The position numbers were made by a program, and so were the translations under genes. Of a DNA stretch of 64,000 nt, positions 45,201 to 55,051 are shown piece after piece. Under the pieces are notes generated by a model. The model made no database searches. It worked only from the letters and a program-made list of their open reading frames with translations, and was not told the DNA's origin. Location of the stretch: IMG/VR virus record IMGVR_UViG_3300042892_000790. One strand, 5' to 3'. The stretch comes from an uncultured virus (IMG/VR IMGVR_UViG_3300042892_000790). Its lineage: Duplodnaviria > Heunggongvirae > Uroviricota > Caudoviricetes > Crassvirales. Each line of letters opens with the position of its first letter. Position 1 is the stretch's first letter.

Positions 45201-48200
45201 TTATTCTCCAACAAGCAACTTCGACCAGGCCTTGGCTAATTCAGCTCAAGCGCTTAACGTAGTAGCACCGGGATTAAAGGTGATAGTGGGAGAGAATGTA
45301 GACGATGTACAGAACCAAATCGTAGAGGCTATCGCACCATTGATTGGAGAGAGACAGGCCGTACAGACAGCTGAAGAATTTGCTACTGGAACCAAGGGTC
45401 AGACGATCTTTGTTGATGGCAAGCCTTTCGCTGTGGTATTCGACAAGACTACTGCAGATAGCCGTACCGCAGGACACGAGGCATGGGAGGTTATGCTGAA
45501 CGATGCGTTCGGCAACGATCAAGCTAAGTTCAAGGAGTTTACAGCAGGCATCGACTCTCAACTAAGGGCTCAAGGTTTTACTGATATCGCTGATGCTTTG
45601 GATGCATTTGCCAGCCAGAAGGGCTACGAAGCCGTAAAATACTCGGAGTACATGGCCGAGCTTGGTGGTATGTTGGTAGAGGCTGGTTTCGGAAAGGGAC
45701 CACTAACGGCTCAACAGAAGACATTACTACAGAAGATCGGTGAAATCATCAACAAGTTCGCTGAGCTATTCACCGGCAAGAAGCAGTTCTTAGATCAGGC
45801 AAGCCCAGAGGATATCCTTGGATTTATGGTGACCATCTCTGAGAAGGTTGCTAAGGGAGAGGACGTGTCAAGCTTCTTTAGACCAACTGAAAACACCGAA
45901 ACAATAAAAGATACCAAGAAAGTGCTTTCAAATAGAAGCCAAAAGATTGGAGACTTTGATATTCAATACTTTGAAGACGAAGCTCAATTTAAGGATTTGG
46001 TTGATCGCGGATTAGTTGTTCAAAATGCATCTATTGACGAGGCTGCTGGTCAGCCAGTAGCTACGCATCAGCCAGACAATTTGCTTGTAGGTAATGTAAA
46101 TTACAAAGGAAAGCAGATCATGGAAGGCAATGGTGGGATTTATTATGTATTGAAGTTTGGCAATGTATGGGCATCTGGAAAACAAACCAGTGCTAAAACT
46201 CTTTCTAATTACATAAACAAATCACGCAAGGAGTCTACTGACGGAATTGGCCGTATGGTCTTAGTTCGTGGAAGTCAAGACAAGATGATTAGTTCTGTTC
46301 AAGGAGTAAAGGCAGCAATGCGTATCCTAGAGGAACTTGTTTTTGACAATCTTATTTCTACCTCTGATTTCAGAAAAGCTTTGACAGTTGCAGGTAAGGC
46401 TTATAACATTGATTTTTCTGGAAGTAATTCTGCCAAGCAAATTCAAAAGGATATTGAAGACAAGTTCATGAACGTATCAGATTCTACATTTGCTAGACGT
46501 GGAGATTTCTTCAGTACACTTGTTAATGAGATTGGAAAGCTAGATTCTGCTAAGAAAAATATTAAGGAAATACAAAAAGCTTTAGGAGCTACTAAAAATA
46601 TTCAGTTCTCAAAGGGCGGTATCCGTCAACAGATAGGAACAGTACTTACCGAAAGACTTCTTATTGGTCTTGATTCTGGAAATGCATATGCAATTGTTGA
46701 GGTAGATGAAGACGTTATAGTTAAGAAAGACGACCAACATCCAAGCTATCCTTTTTCTATTGTTACAAAAAGTGGTAAGCCACCAGTACTAAAGGTGTTC
46801 AACTATAGACCAAAAGCTGTTGAAGCGATTACAACTATGTCCGGAGAGAAGGCGTCAAACGCTCAGCTTGGTCTTGCTCAAATGGGGATGGGCATGGGTC
46901 GTATTGCTTCTGACAAAAAGATAGTAGTTAAGTCACGCTCACAGAAGAATGTGCCAACGGTAGTAGACGAGGTTCTTACCGATGACGGCAAGGGAAACTA
47001 CCTGTTCGTTCACTACTCTGATGAGAATAGAGATGTGATCAAGCCAATGTCAGGATCTAAGAGCAACTTCACAAGCCGTGAAGAGGTATCTGCGATATCT
47101 GCCGTAGGTGGTGTTGCGATGTACTACACAAAGTCAGGGCAGAAAGAGAGCGGTGTTGGGAATGTTCCACACACAGTTCTAGTTCCAAAGGACAAGGTGT
47201 ACTTCTACGGAAGCACAGAAAAGGGAAAAGTATCTCACGATCCAGAAGGGTTTGAGGAAGAGGCAAGACAAAGATTCCAAGCCTACAGGAACCGTGGAAA
47301 CGAGGACAGGCCAACAAAGTATGCGTTTGACGCAAACAACTCTGCAGCTTGGGTGACCAAGGTGGCCGCAGAGAACGGATACGATATGCTTGTTACCAAC
47401 TGGGGAGGGCCAAAGAGCTACCGTGCACAGACAACCAAGGCATTAAAGCCAGAGGCTGAGTACACTGGTTTCAAGAAGCCAGAGCCCGTGGTGTTTGAGG
47501 TGGGTGATGAGGTCTTCTTAAATGGAAGATACTCTACTATTGTAGCCGTCGATGGAAATGTTCTTTCTTATGAATTCCAAAACGACTACGGAACATTCAA
47601 TACTGGAAAGTTCCCATTGTCACAATATACAAGTGACAGGATTACAATGATCGAGAAGGCTAAGCCGTCTGTTACAACTCGCTCTCAGAAGGTTGAGGTA
47701 AAGACCATTCCTGGATACGACAGAATGATGAACGAGGTCGAGGGTATTATGGACAAGAGCATTAATAGAGGCAGGTCTTATAATCAAACAAGCGCTAACG
47801 CAGTTGACTACATTCAGAAGTCATCTGTTTATGAAAGGGCAGACGATTCTCAGCGTGAGCAGATCATCCGCGACTTCAAGAAGATCAGAGGAGAGAAGTT
47901 TAAGACCGCTCCGTCTGTGGCTAAAATACTAGGCCAGATCGAGGACGTAAAAAAGGTAACAGTAAAAGAGAGCACAGCGCTTAAGGATCAGATCAAGTTG
48001 GAGGCCAAGGCAGCCAAGGACTCTGCAGCCTTTGTAAAGCAGCTCCGCATGGACATCTCTGGTAGGTTGAAGTCTATGGTTGGCCGTGGCATGATGTCTG
48101 CTAGGCAGGCAACTGCTATTATCTCTCGCTACGACAAGATGAACATATTGAACCCTGTAATGCGTGACCGCTTTGTAGACTACATGTCTAGGGTATTCCA

Positions 48201-51192
48201 AAGCGCTGAGTACATGGACAAGATCAAGGAAGCGTCAAAGCTTAGAGCGTCTATAAAGAAGGCTATGAAGTCACCAGCAAACCAAGCAGAGATTGCAAAG
48301 CTTGCTAAGGACTTTGGAGACATCGATCCGTCTCGCGTAGAGAATATTGACGACTATATCAACAACGCAACACAGATGCTAAACGCAGTGGCCAGAAAGA
48401 CTGGAGACCCATTGATGCGTAGCCTTGTTAACGCTGGTGACATGGCATCTTATATTGAGACAGAAATAGAATCTCAAAGAGAGCAGATCAAGAACGAGCT
48501 ACTCGATAAGTATAAAGAATTGGTCGATGCTGGTGTATTGTCAAGCGACATGACCATCAACGAAATCAAAAAGGTAATAGCCGCGATCGAGGAGAATGAC
48601 AACGAGTCTGTGGCAAAGGAAGAGAAGGCCAAGGCCGCTGTCAAGGAAATGATGGCCGAGGTATCTCCATTGATTGTGCAGATCGTTAAGACCGGAGAAG
48701 ATCCGTTTACAGGAGAGCCTATATCACTGACACAGGACGAAAAGAAGTCATTGATTGCATTGACTAATATTGACACTGACAGCCTTTCATTGTCAGAGGC
48801 ATTGCAGGTACTTGAGTATGCTAACAACTTCGTTGCAAATGGCATCACTTCCGGTATCGATGGAATGGTAAGCCTTTACCAAGGTGGGCTGAATGCCGGA
48901 GAGTTAGTTGATGATGGTATCAAGTCTATCCCATTGAGCAAGTACTTCTCTGGACTAGTTGGAAGAGTATGGGGAGAAGGATTCGCAACGCTTCCAATGC
49001 TTAACAAGTTGTTATGGGGTAACACAAGGCGTGCTATAATGGTCTCTGAAAAGGCCGGAATCAATGGAGTGTCGAATGGTAAGGCCAAGGCCTTGAAGAT
49101 GGTTGACAATGCTGTTAAACAGTACGTAAAGCTATTCTCGAAGACCAAGGACTTCTTGGCAAGTGAGAATGTTGTCGAGCGTGGTGTATTTGCATTCATG
49201 TCTAGAAACGTGGTCGGCGATGAATTCCAGGCGCAAGACGAGTTTAATAGGCGCAAATCACTCATTAAGGAAACAATCCAGGCGCTATCTGACGTAGACA
49301 ACAACACTGAATCAGAAATCAAGAAGGGCGAGGTCATCCAAAAGGTGTACGAAAAGGTCTTGAAAGATGCCAAGAATATTAATGACGTCAAGAAAAACGT
49401 AAGCCAGATCAACCAAGACGCTGTAAACTGGTGGATAAACAAGTGGTCTGAGAACTTCGACCGTATCGACGAGGTATCTAGAAACGTGTACAATACACAA
49501 TTGTCTAGGGACATTGACTTTACACCCGACAGGTTCCAACTAAAGGAGGCACCAACAGCTGTCGAGGAAGACTTTGAATCTGGATTCTTTGGAAACTTTG
49601 AGTACGTTGACACGTCTAAGTCTGGATCACTGAGAAAAAATAACCGTATTTCTAATCTTCCAAAGGACAAGAATGGTGTTAAAACTCGTATAGTCAACCT
49701 TGACTTTGACGTGAATAACGTTAACGCATTCACGAATGCAATGGTAGACGTAGAGACCGCTAGCTCTGTGATGCAGATGAAAGGTTTTGTGACATCTAAA
49801 AACTTCTCAAAGCTTTTCTCAAACAAGGAAGACAAGAACCTTTACAAGAAAAGACTGATCAAGTACGTAAACCGCGCCAAGGGTGGTTCTTATGTGGACC
49901 AGAATGAGCTTTCAAAGATAAATAGAACAATTAATACCATTGCATCATTTGGTGTTGCTAAGGCATTGTTTAGTGTGTCACAGCCATTTAAGCAGTTCTT
50001 TCCTCCAATGATAAACACTTTTGTTCAGACAGGTAGGTTTGACTTAAACAAGTTGCTGTACAATGGCGGAATGGGCTTTATCGACAGCTCTGGTTATCCT
50101 ATCGCCAACCGTGGTGTCGCATCTCAAGGTGAACTTAAGTCTATCAACAGACAGTTGGTAGAGGCAGAGAAGAACTTGGCCATGCGTGGACTAGATGGTG
50201 TTGCGGAGTTTAGCAACAAGACTCTTGAAATTACACTTAAGAATCCGGACATTTTTGCTGCACGTGCCTCTTGGATTTCTTTTTACTTGAGCAAATTGAA
50301 GAAGCAGGGTGTAAATATCTCTGGAATAGATTTCAATACTCACGAGCTAAATAAAGATGCGGCTGACTACGCACAGGCGATGGTCGACTCTCAGCAAAAC
50401 ATCAGTGACACCGACATGCAGGGAGAGATCTTCGCTAGCAAGCAGCCAGCTACTGTGTTCTTGAGACGTGCCATTCTTCCATTGATGACATTTACCTTAA
50501 ACCAAAAGACTCGTATATGGTCTGACGTAAGAACCCTTTCAAATGACGTGTCGTCAAAAGATGACAAGGTAGAGGCGGCTAAGTCTTTGTCTGGAGCATT
50601 GATCGAGTTAGTAGCGTTCCAGGGCATAGTACTTGCGTTCAAGGAGCTTTACAATGTAGTAGCAGCTGCCATCATGGGTGAAGATGAGGACGAAGAGGAA
50701 AAGAAGATTAGAAAGATGAGACAGTCTCAATCCACTGCTCAGGCATTCATGAAGGACTTCTTCTTGCCACCGATCCCCGGGATGGATATCTTAGCTAGCA
50801 AGGGTGTCAATTACCTTTTAGACGAGACGGGCCTATCTGACGAGTTACCATACAAGTGGTACGGTATCGAGGACGAGGAGCAGAAGTTCAGGCTGTACGA
50901 CAAGATGAACCAAGGTTACTTAGACATGCTTGGAACGCAGGGTATTGCGGCAGAGAAGGCTCTTGAACTAATCGAATACTATGACGCTGCTATCGATGGT
51001 GAGTTCACCAAAGAGTACAACGGCAATAAAGTAAAAAAGGCCCTCATGGAAGAGGACCTTGATATAGCTAGAATGAATGCTGTTATTATGACTGCTTATT
51101 ATGGAGGAATATTGCCATCAGACATGGCTAACATCGTCAACATAATGAACAAGAAGATTCAGAAGAGAGCAGAGCAGGTAGACGAGGACTAG
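42298..51192 (+). CDS. giant ejected polyvalent protein (2964 aa)
   Basis: DUF3293-like TAENP...ENS...FNQDSV domain, zincin-like TAGHEAWE, ART-like LFVHYS...GYDM, RSQK linkers. Confidence 0.75.
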   Translation: MTDLKQSLRDFVATANSGKYADENVLISKFPELKGYDIGVLKDFVATSNSGKYQTEDELFSKFPEFAVKKKELVSPSQQKAQPTSLATGGAMEGGPSVPSVNPPSNKLQEELFQKTRLAASAVTASAKPGYTPVPKEEAQKAFYGKAKVAPVALYLKSQGTKEEAVSNLNKDFGKLGVRFEQAQNPIAKSMGDVVATADNGQSITIQASDNERLAKIESERLQNFLMNNSAGVEKKEVTPIDMLRMTQGGISEMEENKFKRVYTPEMINETVKFVNEEVNKSNKKLQDINNQIQEINNEAARLNGIVGTATPEEQDRIKYLTDRYDLLKSDFDRERENAKVVSQLGSEGIGMAAAEHLKLLEQKGGFGKSIYNHTVNMIGNTVNGAFQLASLGIMDKGADYAQNLTNEFKKEFKFSETQAYEQSSNMAMNVLFSMPEWLPMAAMGPAAGTAFMFNQGVGRRMEEVNSNEETKNMSQAEKLAMVAPMAYVEARLENLGLSAWLSKNKGLASSIAIKAVANVAPKAGAAGVARLINTEINNLALKGVFNVAGATLAEAETGALQYATESGMKELYNIAEGKQIFKQPQFGSEAWAKELAESSLMEGLGGMFVSGPINIAQQTANYVVGKSNTNQTFGIVKDLLNDNIAERSMIAQLSAAVNDGKLSKEKAQNTLYNFREAKAIVRELPQELSEDNQRAAFDLIAEKRKLTKQIEGKDPSLVNKQKKRITEIENQLIDISNAVQEQTTSEVPVQSEARSGEEVQKGQPQPEPEVVAEEGQEKVVVPGEKDIVSGIEITYPTDQEKSERQATRNSVEYVSMKSAELPVITEEELQEDLQGEFAMVTAENPMAQPLTEEENTALNLKAEKWLTDKGYSPKRIVGKYDQAENSFFVKGMTKEDSLAFAKEFNQDSVAHSDGLIYQSGKMNPRDTAQDNFETKNFVVGDNFVSVVNTPEGPKTFSVGYNFDTEIDYSPTSNFDQALANSAQALNVVAPGLKVIVGENVDDVQNQIVEAIAPLIGERQAVQTAEEFATGTKGQTIFVDGKPFAVVFDKTTADSRTAGHEAWEVMLNDAFGNDQAKFKEFTAGIDSQLRAQGFTDIADALDAFASQKGYEAVKYSEYMAELGGMLVEAGFGKGPLTAQQKTLLQKIGEIINKFAELFTGKKQFLDQASPEDILGFMVTISEKVAKGEDVSSFFRPTENTETIKDTKKVLSNRSQKIGDFDIQYFEDEAQFKDLVDRGLVVQNASIDEAAGQPVATHQPDNLLVGNVNYKGKQIMEGNGGIYYVLKFGNVWASGKQTSAKTLSNYINKSRKESTDGIGRMVLVRGSQDKMISSVQGVKAAMRILEELVFDNLISTSDFRKALTVAGKAYNIDFSGSNSAKQIQKDIEDKFMNVSDSTFARRGDFFSTLVNEIGKLDSAKKNIKEIQKALGATKNIQFSKGGIRQQIGTVLTERLLIGLDSGNAYAIVEVDEDVIVKKDDQHPSYPFSIVTKSGKPPVLKVFNYRPKAVEAITTMSGEKASNAQLGLAQMGMGMGRIASDKKIVVKSRSQKNVPTVVDEVLTDDGKGNYLFVHYSDENRDVIKPMSGSKSNFTSREEVSAISAVGGVAMYYTKSGQKESGVGNVPHTVLVPKDKVYFYGSTEKGKVSHDPEGFEEEARQRFQAYRNRGNEDRPTKYAFDANNSAAWVTKVAAENGYDMLVTNWGGPKSYRAQTTKALKPEAEYTGFKKPEPVVFEVGDEVFLNGRYSTIVAVDGNVLSYEFQNDYGTFNTGKFPLSQYTSDRITMIEKAKPSVTTRSQKVEVKTIPGYDRMMNEVEGIMDKSINRGRSYNQTSANAVDYIQKSSVYERADDSQREQIIRDFKKIRGEKFKTAPSVAKILGQIEDVKKVTVKESTALKDQIKLEAKAAKDSAAFVKQLRMDISGRLKSMVGRGMMSARQATAIISRYDKMNILNPVMRDRFVDYMSRVFQSAEYMDKIKEASKLRASIKKAMKSPANQAEIAKLAKDFGDIDPSRVENIDDYINNATQMLNAVARKTGDPLMRSLVNAGDMASYIETEIESQREQIKNELLDKYKELVDAGVLSSDMTINEIKKVIAAIEENDNESVAKEEKAKAAVKEMMAEVSPLIVQIVKTGEDPFTGEPISLTQDEKKSLIALTNIDTDSLSLSEALQVLEYANNFVANGITSGIDGMVSLYQGGLNAGELVDDGIKSIPLSKYFSGLVGRVWGEGFATLPMLNKLLWGNTRRAIMVSEKAGINGVSNGKAKALKMVDNAVKQYVKLFSKTKDFLASENVVERGVFAFMSRNVVGDEFQAQDEFNRRKSLIKETIQALSDVDNNTESEIKKGEVIQKVYEKVLKDAKNINDVKKNVSQINQDAVNWWINKWSENFDRIDEVSRNVYNTQLSRDIDFTPDRFQLKEAPTAVEEDFESGFFGNFEYVDTSKSGSLRKNNRISNLPKDKNGVKTRIVNLDFDVNNVNAFTNAMVDVETASSVMQMKGFVTSKNFSKLFSNKEDKNLYKKRLIKYVNRAKGGSYVDQNELSKINRTINTIASFGVAKALFSVSQPFKQFFPPMINTFVQTGRFDLNKLLYNGGMGFIDSSGYPIANRGVASQGELKSINRQLVEAEKNLAMRGLDGVAEFSNKTLEITLKNPDIFAARASWISFYLSKLKKQGVNISGIDFNTHELNKDAADYAQAMVDSQQNISDTDMQGEIFASKQPATVFLRRAILPLMTFTLNQKTRIWSDVRTLSNDVSSKDDKVEAAKSLSGALIELVAFQGIVLAFKELYNVVAAAIMGEDEDEEEKKIRKMRQSQSTAQAFMKDFFLPPIPGMDILASKGVNYLLDETGLSDELPYKWYGIEDEEQKFRLYDKMNQGYLDMLGTQGIAAEKALELIEYYDAAIDGEFTKEYNGNKVKKALMEEDLDIARMNAVIMTAYYGGILPSDMANIVNIMNKKIQKRAEQVDED

Positions 51193-52301
51193 AACAAGTG
51201 AGTGATTCTAGCGACCTGCCCGTGCTCGGGGTGGTGGAGGAAGCCTTCCACCGCCTTGGGGGAGCCGCTGTAACCATTTCTATGGTGCCAGCTATCTGTT
51301 CCAGACGGTGATCGAAGACTCTCCACAGTGACACCGATGTAGTCCTTGGACGTCTTGTGGTGTACGTGGTGTGTATACACATAGCGATGCTTGGTCTGTG
51401 ACCATGACAGCGGTGACTCTTGAGCCATAAGCAATGGCAAGTCCTGTGCCTTGGCACCATCTCCATGTGTAGATCCAATCATATTGGTCCCGTAAGTGTA
51501 ATACTTTCTGTGTGCTATAGAGCAGTCAAAGGTAATATTATCGCACTTTGAGAACCATGACTGAATCGTGTCGGCCAAAAAGAATCCATTCGTGTAGTCG
51601 TGGTTAGACGGATTAAAGCAGAAGTGCACGTCAGCAACCGTTACCAGCATCTCAAGTATCTCAATGTAAAGCTGCTTGGCGATCAAGAAGTTGTCGTACC
51701 ACATGCCATCGGTGTCCTGGAACGTACCAGACGTGGTGGTTCTCCTTGGCGTGTCGATGTGCAGGATATCGTTTCCAGCAATAAATAAGATCTTATCAAT
51801 ATTGAATCCAGCGGTCTTGTCTAGGATTCCCTTGACGCCCTCTCTGACTCTTTGGACAGCAATTTGGTTATTGTAATCCTCGCCGGTCTCGAAAGAGCTA
51901 GCGAGCTTTCCAATGTGAATGTCTGCAGGATCGATCACCAGTAGGTGCCCGTCCTTGCTATGGCTTCTGTGGATGTGTTGGTACAAGGGTGCATAAGACT
52001 TCATCTGATCGATGATATCGTCTCTGATCTCCTCGTAAGATGGGGCAGCGTCTCCCTTTACGTTCATTGAGAAGTTCTTTCCCTTGTGCCAGTAATACTT
52101 TACCTTGTCAACGGGAACCCCTATTACGTTACACTCTTCAACCAAGGCTCTGTGCTTGGTGATTTGTCTGCATACCTCTTTTCTCACTGTCTCTTCAGAC
52201 ATTGGCAGATTGTACTTGTCCTTTAGGGACTTAGCAATCTGGGTCTTATTGAGTTTGCCTTCGGCAAAAAGCTCAACAGCCTCTTGTTTATATGATTTCA
52301 T
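51189..52301 (-). CDS. calcineurin-like metallophosphoesterase
   Basis: DIHIG, GNDILH, SNHD, HGD, HVHH. Confidence 0.85.
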   Translation of the reverse strand: MKSYKQEAVELFAEGKLNKTQIAKSLKDKYNLPMSEETVRKEVCRQITKHRALVEECNVIGVPVDKVKYYWHKGKNFSMNVKGDAAPSYEEIRDDIIDQMKSYAPLYQHIHRSHSKDGHLLVIDPADIHIGKLASSFETGEDYNNQIAVQRVREGVKGILDKTAGFNIDKILFIAGNDILHIDTPRRTTTSGTFQDTDGMWYDNFLIAKQLYIEILEMLVTVADVHFCFNPSNHDYTNGFFLADTIQSWFSKCDNITFDCSIAHRKYYTYGTNMIGSTHGDGAKAQDLPLLMAQESPLSWSQTKHRYVYTHHVHHKTSKDYIGVTVESLRSPSGTDSWHHRNGYSGSPKAVEGFLHHPEHGQVARITHLF

Positions 52302-52473
52302 TTGTGTGGGTCGCTTGAATATCCTTTAACAAAGGTATCATAGCCTCAACGATCTTCTTCACTTCCTTGTTCTCCTGGTCCATCATGGCCTCGTAGAGGT
52401 CTGTAGACAGGCTGTTCAACTCATCCATAACCGAGTTAACGTAGTTAGATATGTTCTTGTGTTCTGGTTTCAT
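52288..52473 (-). CDS. small helical protein
   Basis: MKPEHKNISNY...; promoter at 52540-52547. Confidence 0.55.
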   Translation of the reverse strand: MKPEHKNISNYVNSVMDELNSLSTDLYEAMMDQENKEVKKIVEAMIPLLKDIQATHTNEII

Positions 52474-52646
52474 GGTGTTTAAAACAATGGGGCCGGAAAA
52501 TTCCAAACCCCAATGTTACCCAACGAGATATGAACAAGGCAAAGATAATCAGACTATACCCTGAGTTATCAACAAATTGTACGCAAACATTTGCCACTAT
52601 TTCTATTTATTGGCAATTGTGAGTAATTCTGCCGCATTATGGTTCG

Positions 52647-52751
52647 TAGCCAAGGAGGGATTTGAACCCTCAGTTCCTAAGTCTATGGATTTCACATATT
52701 TCGGAGGCCCATCTCTGGGGTAGCTCCGCTTCGGATATACGACACTTGGCT
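52647..52751 (-). ncRNA. tRNA-like RNA with non-canonical middle
   Basis: AGCCAAG/CUUGGCU-A acceptor stem; GAGGG-UUCAAAU-CCCUC T-arm; long CGGAG/CUCCG hairpin replaces D and anticodon arms. Confidence 0.6.
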
Positions 52752-53191
52752 TGAAAAAGCCCCACGAGCAGATCTTACGGTATGCAGGTGGGGACTTTCG
52801 GTCTAAGGATTCTATCCAGAGAGTGGTTCGATGCAAATATATGCACAAAGTAGCGAAAAGCAATACCTTGTGCAAAAAATCCTTATTTGCCATTTTTGTG
52901 AAAAATAACCATTATATTGTGCAATTTGTGCTATTTTTGGCACATTTAACCATTATAATGTGCAATTATTGTACAATAATGTCCTTTAAGACACCCAAAA
53001 GGGTACGAAAATGAGCCATATATGACACTTTATATGCGTTCGGGTATAATTTGTCTGATTTATACATCATTATATGCATTTTGCTGCACTAATGAACGTA
53101 TATTCCGCCAAAACTCGTTTTATTGTCAAGTTTTGGCAGGTTATACGGAAAATAACCGATTAATGTCCAGTTTATTTACATAAAAACTGGA

Positions 53192-55048
53192 CTATGAAAC
53201 CTCGCAGGCACCGCCAGCGCAAGCAGCTTGGTCCATTAGGCTCGTCTTGTCGCTAATCTCTACAATTTTTGCGACATCCAAAGCGTTAAGATTTGTAACG
53301 AGTTGATCGTACTTCTCCTTTGTAATGGTCTCGAACGGAGTCTGAACGTACGTTCCAAGGTCCTTTGGCAAGAAAGATAGTCCGTTGAAGAACTGCTTGT
53401 TCTCCCACAACCACTCTCCAACTGCCGGCCACTCGGACTGGCCCATGCTCACAGTAGCGCTCACGTTGTGTGTGTTATCTCCACGCACGTGTCCCGGTGT
53501 GATCCAGTACTCGTGGAAGTACTTTACACGCTCCAAGAACTGAATAGCGTTCTCGTCATTTCTAGTGATGGCGCCAACCGGTGCAGACTGCGGAACAGAC
53601 ACGACAGCTTGCTGCTGTGGCTTGAACACGTCGTCCTCCAACATCTCAGGATGGTAGATCGACAGGTACGTGTACATCGCCTCATTCTTTCCAATACGCA
53701 TCCTGCGGACGTAATACTCGTCGTGCCATGCATGGATACCAGACGAAGTCCCCAAGACCAAGGAAGAGGTCCCAGATGGCTTCACGCATGTTATACGAGC
53801 TGCAGGGTTGATTCCGATCATCTCAGACACAGACACGTTTGCGTATATCGCTTGGTTAACGGCCAGCTGAAGGTTCATCTTCATCACCGGACCGCTAGCG
53901 ATACCAGTCATCCCGATTCCCAACAATGCTTCACGCTCTGTGGTCTCTTTCCAGATCGGACGAAGGTAATGGAAGTCAGTGTAAGATGCCTGCATGGTTC
54001 CAATAACAGATGCCCAGTACACGCGATCGTTCAAGTCGTCCTGGTCCTTTATGTCAGAGGCGTTCACCTCTACCAAGTTACAGAACTGGAATGGGTTCAA
54101 CGCAATCTCAGCGCAGGGGTTGGTGCCCATGGTCTCGTTGTCGCTGAAGTAAAATCCGGGCTCTCCAGAATTGCTCAGCTCAATTTTTTTCCATAGACCA
54201 AGGAACTCCTCCTTAGATACACTATCACGCTTTAGGATGGCAGAGTTGTTGGCACGTGCACGCTGTGGGTTAAGTTCCCACCAGTTGCCGAACTTAGACG
54301 TGAGCATCTCCTCGTCGTCAAGATCGAACAACGCAATCATCGCGCTGCGTCTGATACCGCCGCTTAATACCGCATCTGCGATAAAGCACATGATGTCGTG
54401 ACACTCTACAGATGTAAGCCTTTCTCCGTCAGACTTGCGGTCCAATACTGACTGGATGTGCATCAAGCAGATCTTCAATGGCTCAGGACCCGGGGCAACA
54501 CCACCAGAGGTGATAAGTCTTTCTCCCTTTGGCCTGATTGCACGGAAGTCGAATGTAGGCACCGTAGCGCTAAGTCCCAAGTAACCTTTCATCAGTACCT
54601 TGATAGAGTCGGCCCATCCTTCGATAGAGTCACCGATCAAGTACCTTCGGGTCTTGGTTCCCTTTGCGATGGCCGGCAACTTCTCAATGTTGAATGACTG
54701 CACCGAGTATCCAACACCAGTCCCACAAAGAAGTAGGAACATGGTCTCTGAGAACGCACGGTAATCGTCAACTGATAAGTAAGAGCAGTTGAACAAACGA
54801 GTGTTGTTTACCTCGATTGGCCTTCCACCAAACTGAAGCGAACGCATAGATGGGAGGATCTTCTTGGCATACACCAACTCATAAGCTCTCTCGATCAAAG
54901 CGGTCATCTGAGGAAACTTCCTCAAGTGCATTTCCTTGTTGCGTGTAACAAGTTCGGTCCACGTCTCTCTTCTGTTCAACTCAGGTACGAAGCGTGCATA
55001 CTTAGACCATACTACTAAATCCGACAAAATCTCTTTCTCTAGTTCCAT
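53192..55048 (-). CDS. nrdJ: class II (adenosylcobalamin) ribonucleoside-triphosphate reductase
   Basis: RRETW, LPSMRSL, FNC, GTGVG, GTNPCAEI, FCNL, VKPSGT, C-terminal ACAGGAC. Confidence 0.93.
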   Translation of the reverse strand: MELEKEILSDLVVWSKYARFVPELNRRETWTELVTRNKEMHLRKFPQMTALIERAYELVYAKKILPSMRSLQFGGRPIEVNNTRLFNCSYLSVDDYRAFSETMFLLLCGTGVGYSVQSFNIEKLPAIAKGTKTRRYLIGDSIEGWADSIKVLMKGYLGLSATVPTFDFRAIRPKGERLITSGGVAPGPEPLKICLMHIQSVLDRKSDGERLTSVECHDIMCFIADAVLSGGIRRSAMIALFDLDDEEMLTSKFGNWWELNPQRARANNSAILKRDSVSKEEFLGLWKKIELSNSGEPGFYFSDNETMGTNPCAEIALNPFQFCNLVEVNASDIKDQDDLNDRVYWASVIGTMQASYTDFHYLRPIWKETTEREALLGIGMTGIASGPVMKMNLQLAVNQAIYANVSVSEMIGINPAARITCVKPSGTSSLVLGTSSGIHAWHDEYYVRRMRIGKNEAMYTYLSIYHPEMLEDDVFKPQQQAVVSVPQSAPVGAITRNDENAIQFLERVKYFHEYWITPGHVRGDNTHNVSATVSMGQSEWPAVGEWLWENKQFFNGLSFLPKDLGTYVQTPFETITKEKYDQLVTNLNALDVAKIVEISDKTSLMDQAACAGGACEVS

Positions 55049-55051
55049 AAT

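Noticed and set aside
42298..51192. crAss-type virion RNA polymerase
   Set aside because: No DxDxD catalytic motif seen (closest is LDFDVN); polyvalent-type domains fit better. A profile search is needed to exclude it fully.
52647..52751. canonical tRNA gene
   Set aside because: No D-arm or 7-nt anticodon loop at the expected spacing
10945..54196. long antisense ORFs (10945..11673, 48876..49835, 53468..54196 and others)
   Set aside because: Shadows of well-supported genes on the opposite strand
23044..55048. introns or inteins in terL, MCP or nrdJ; integrase; DGR
   Set aside because: ORFs are continuous and of expected length; no recombinase or reverse transcriptase motifs seen in the window
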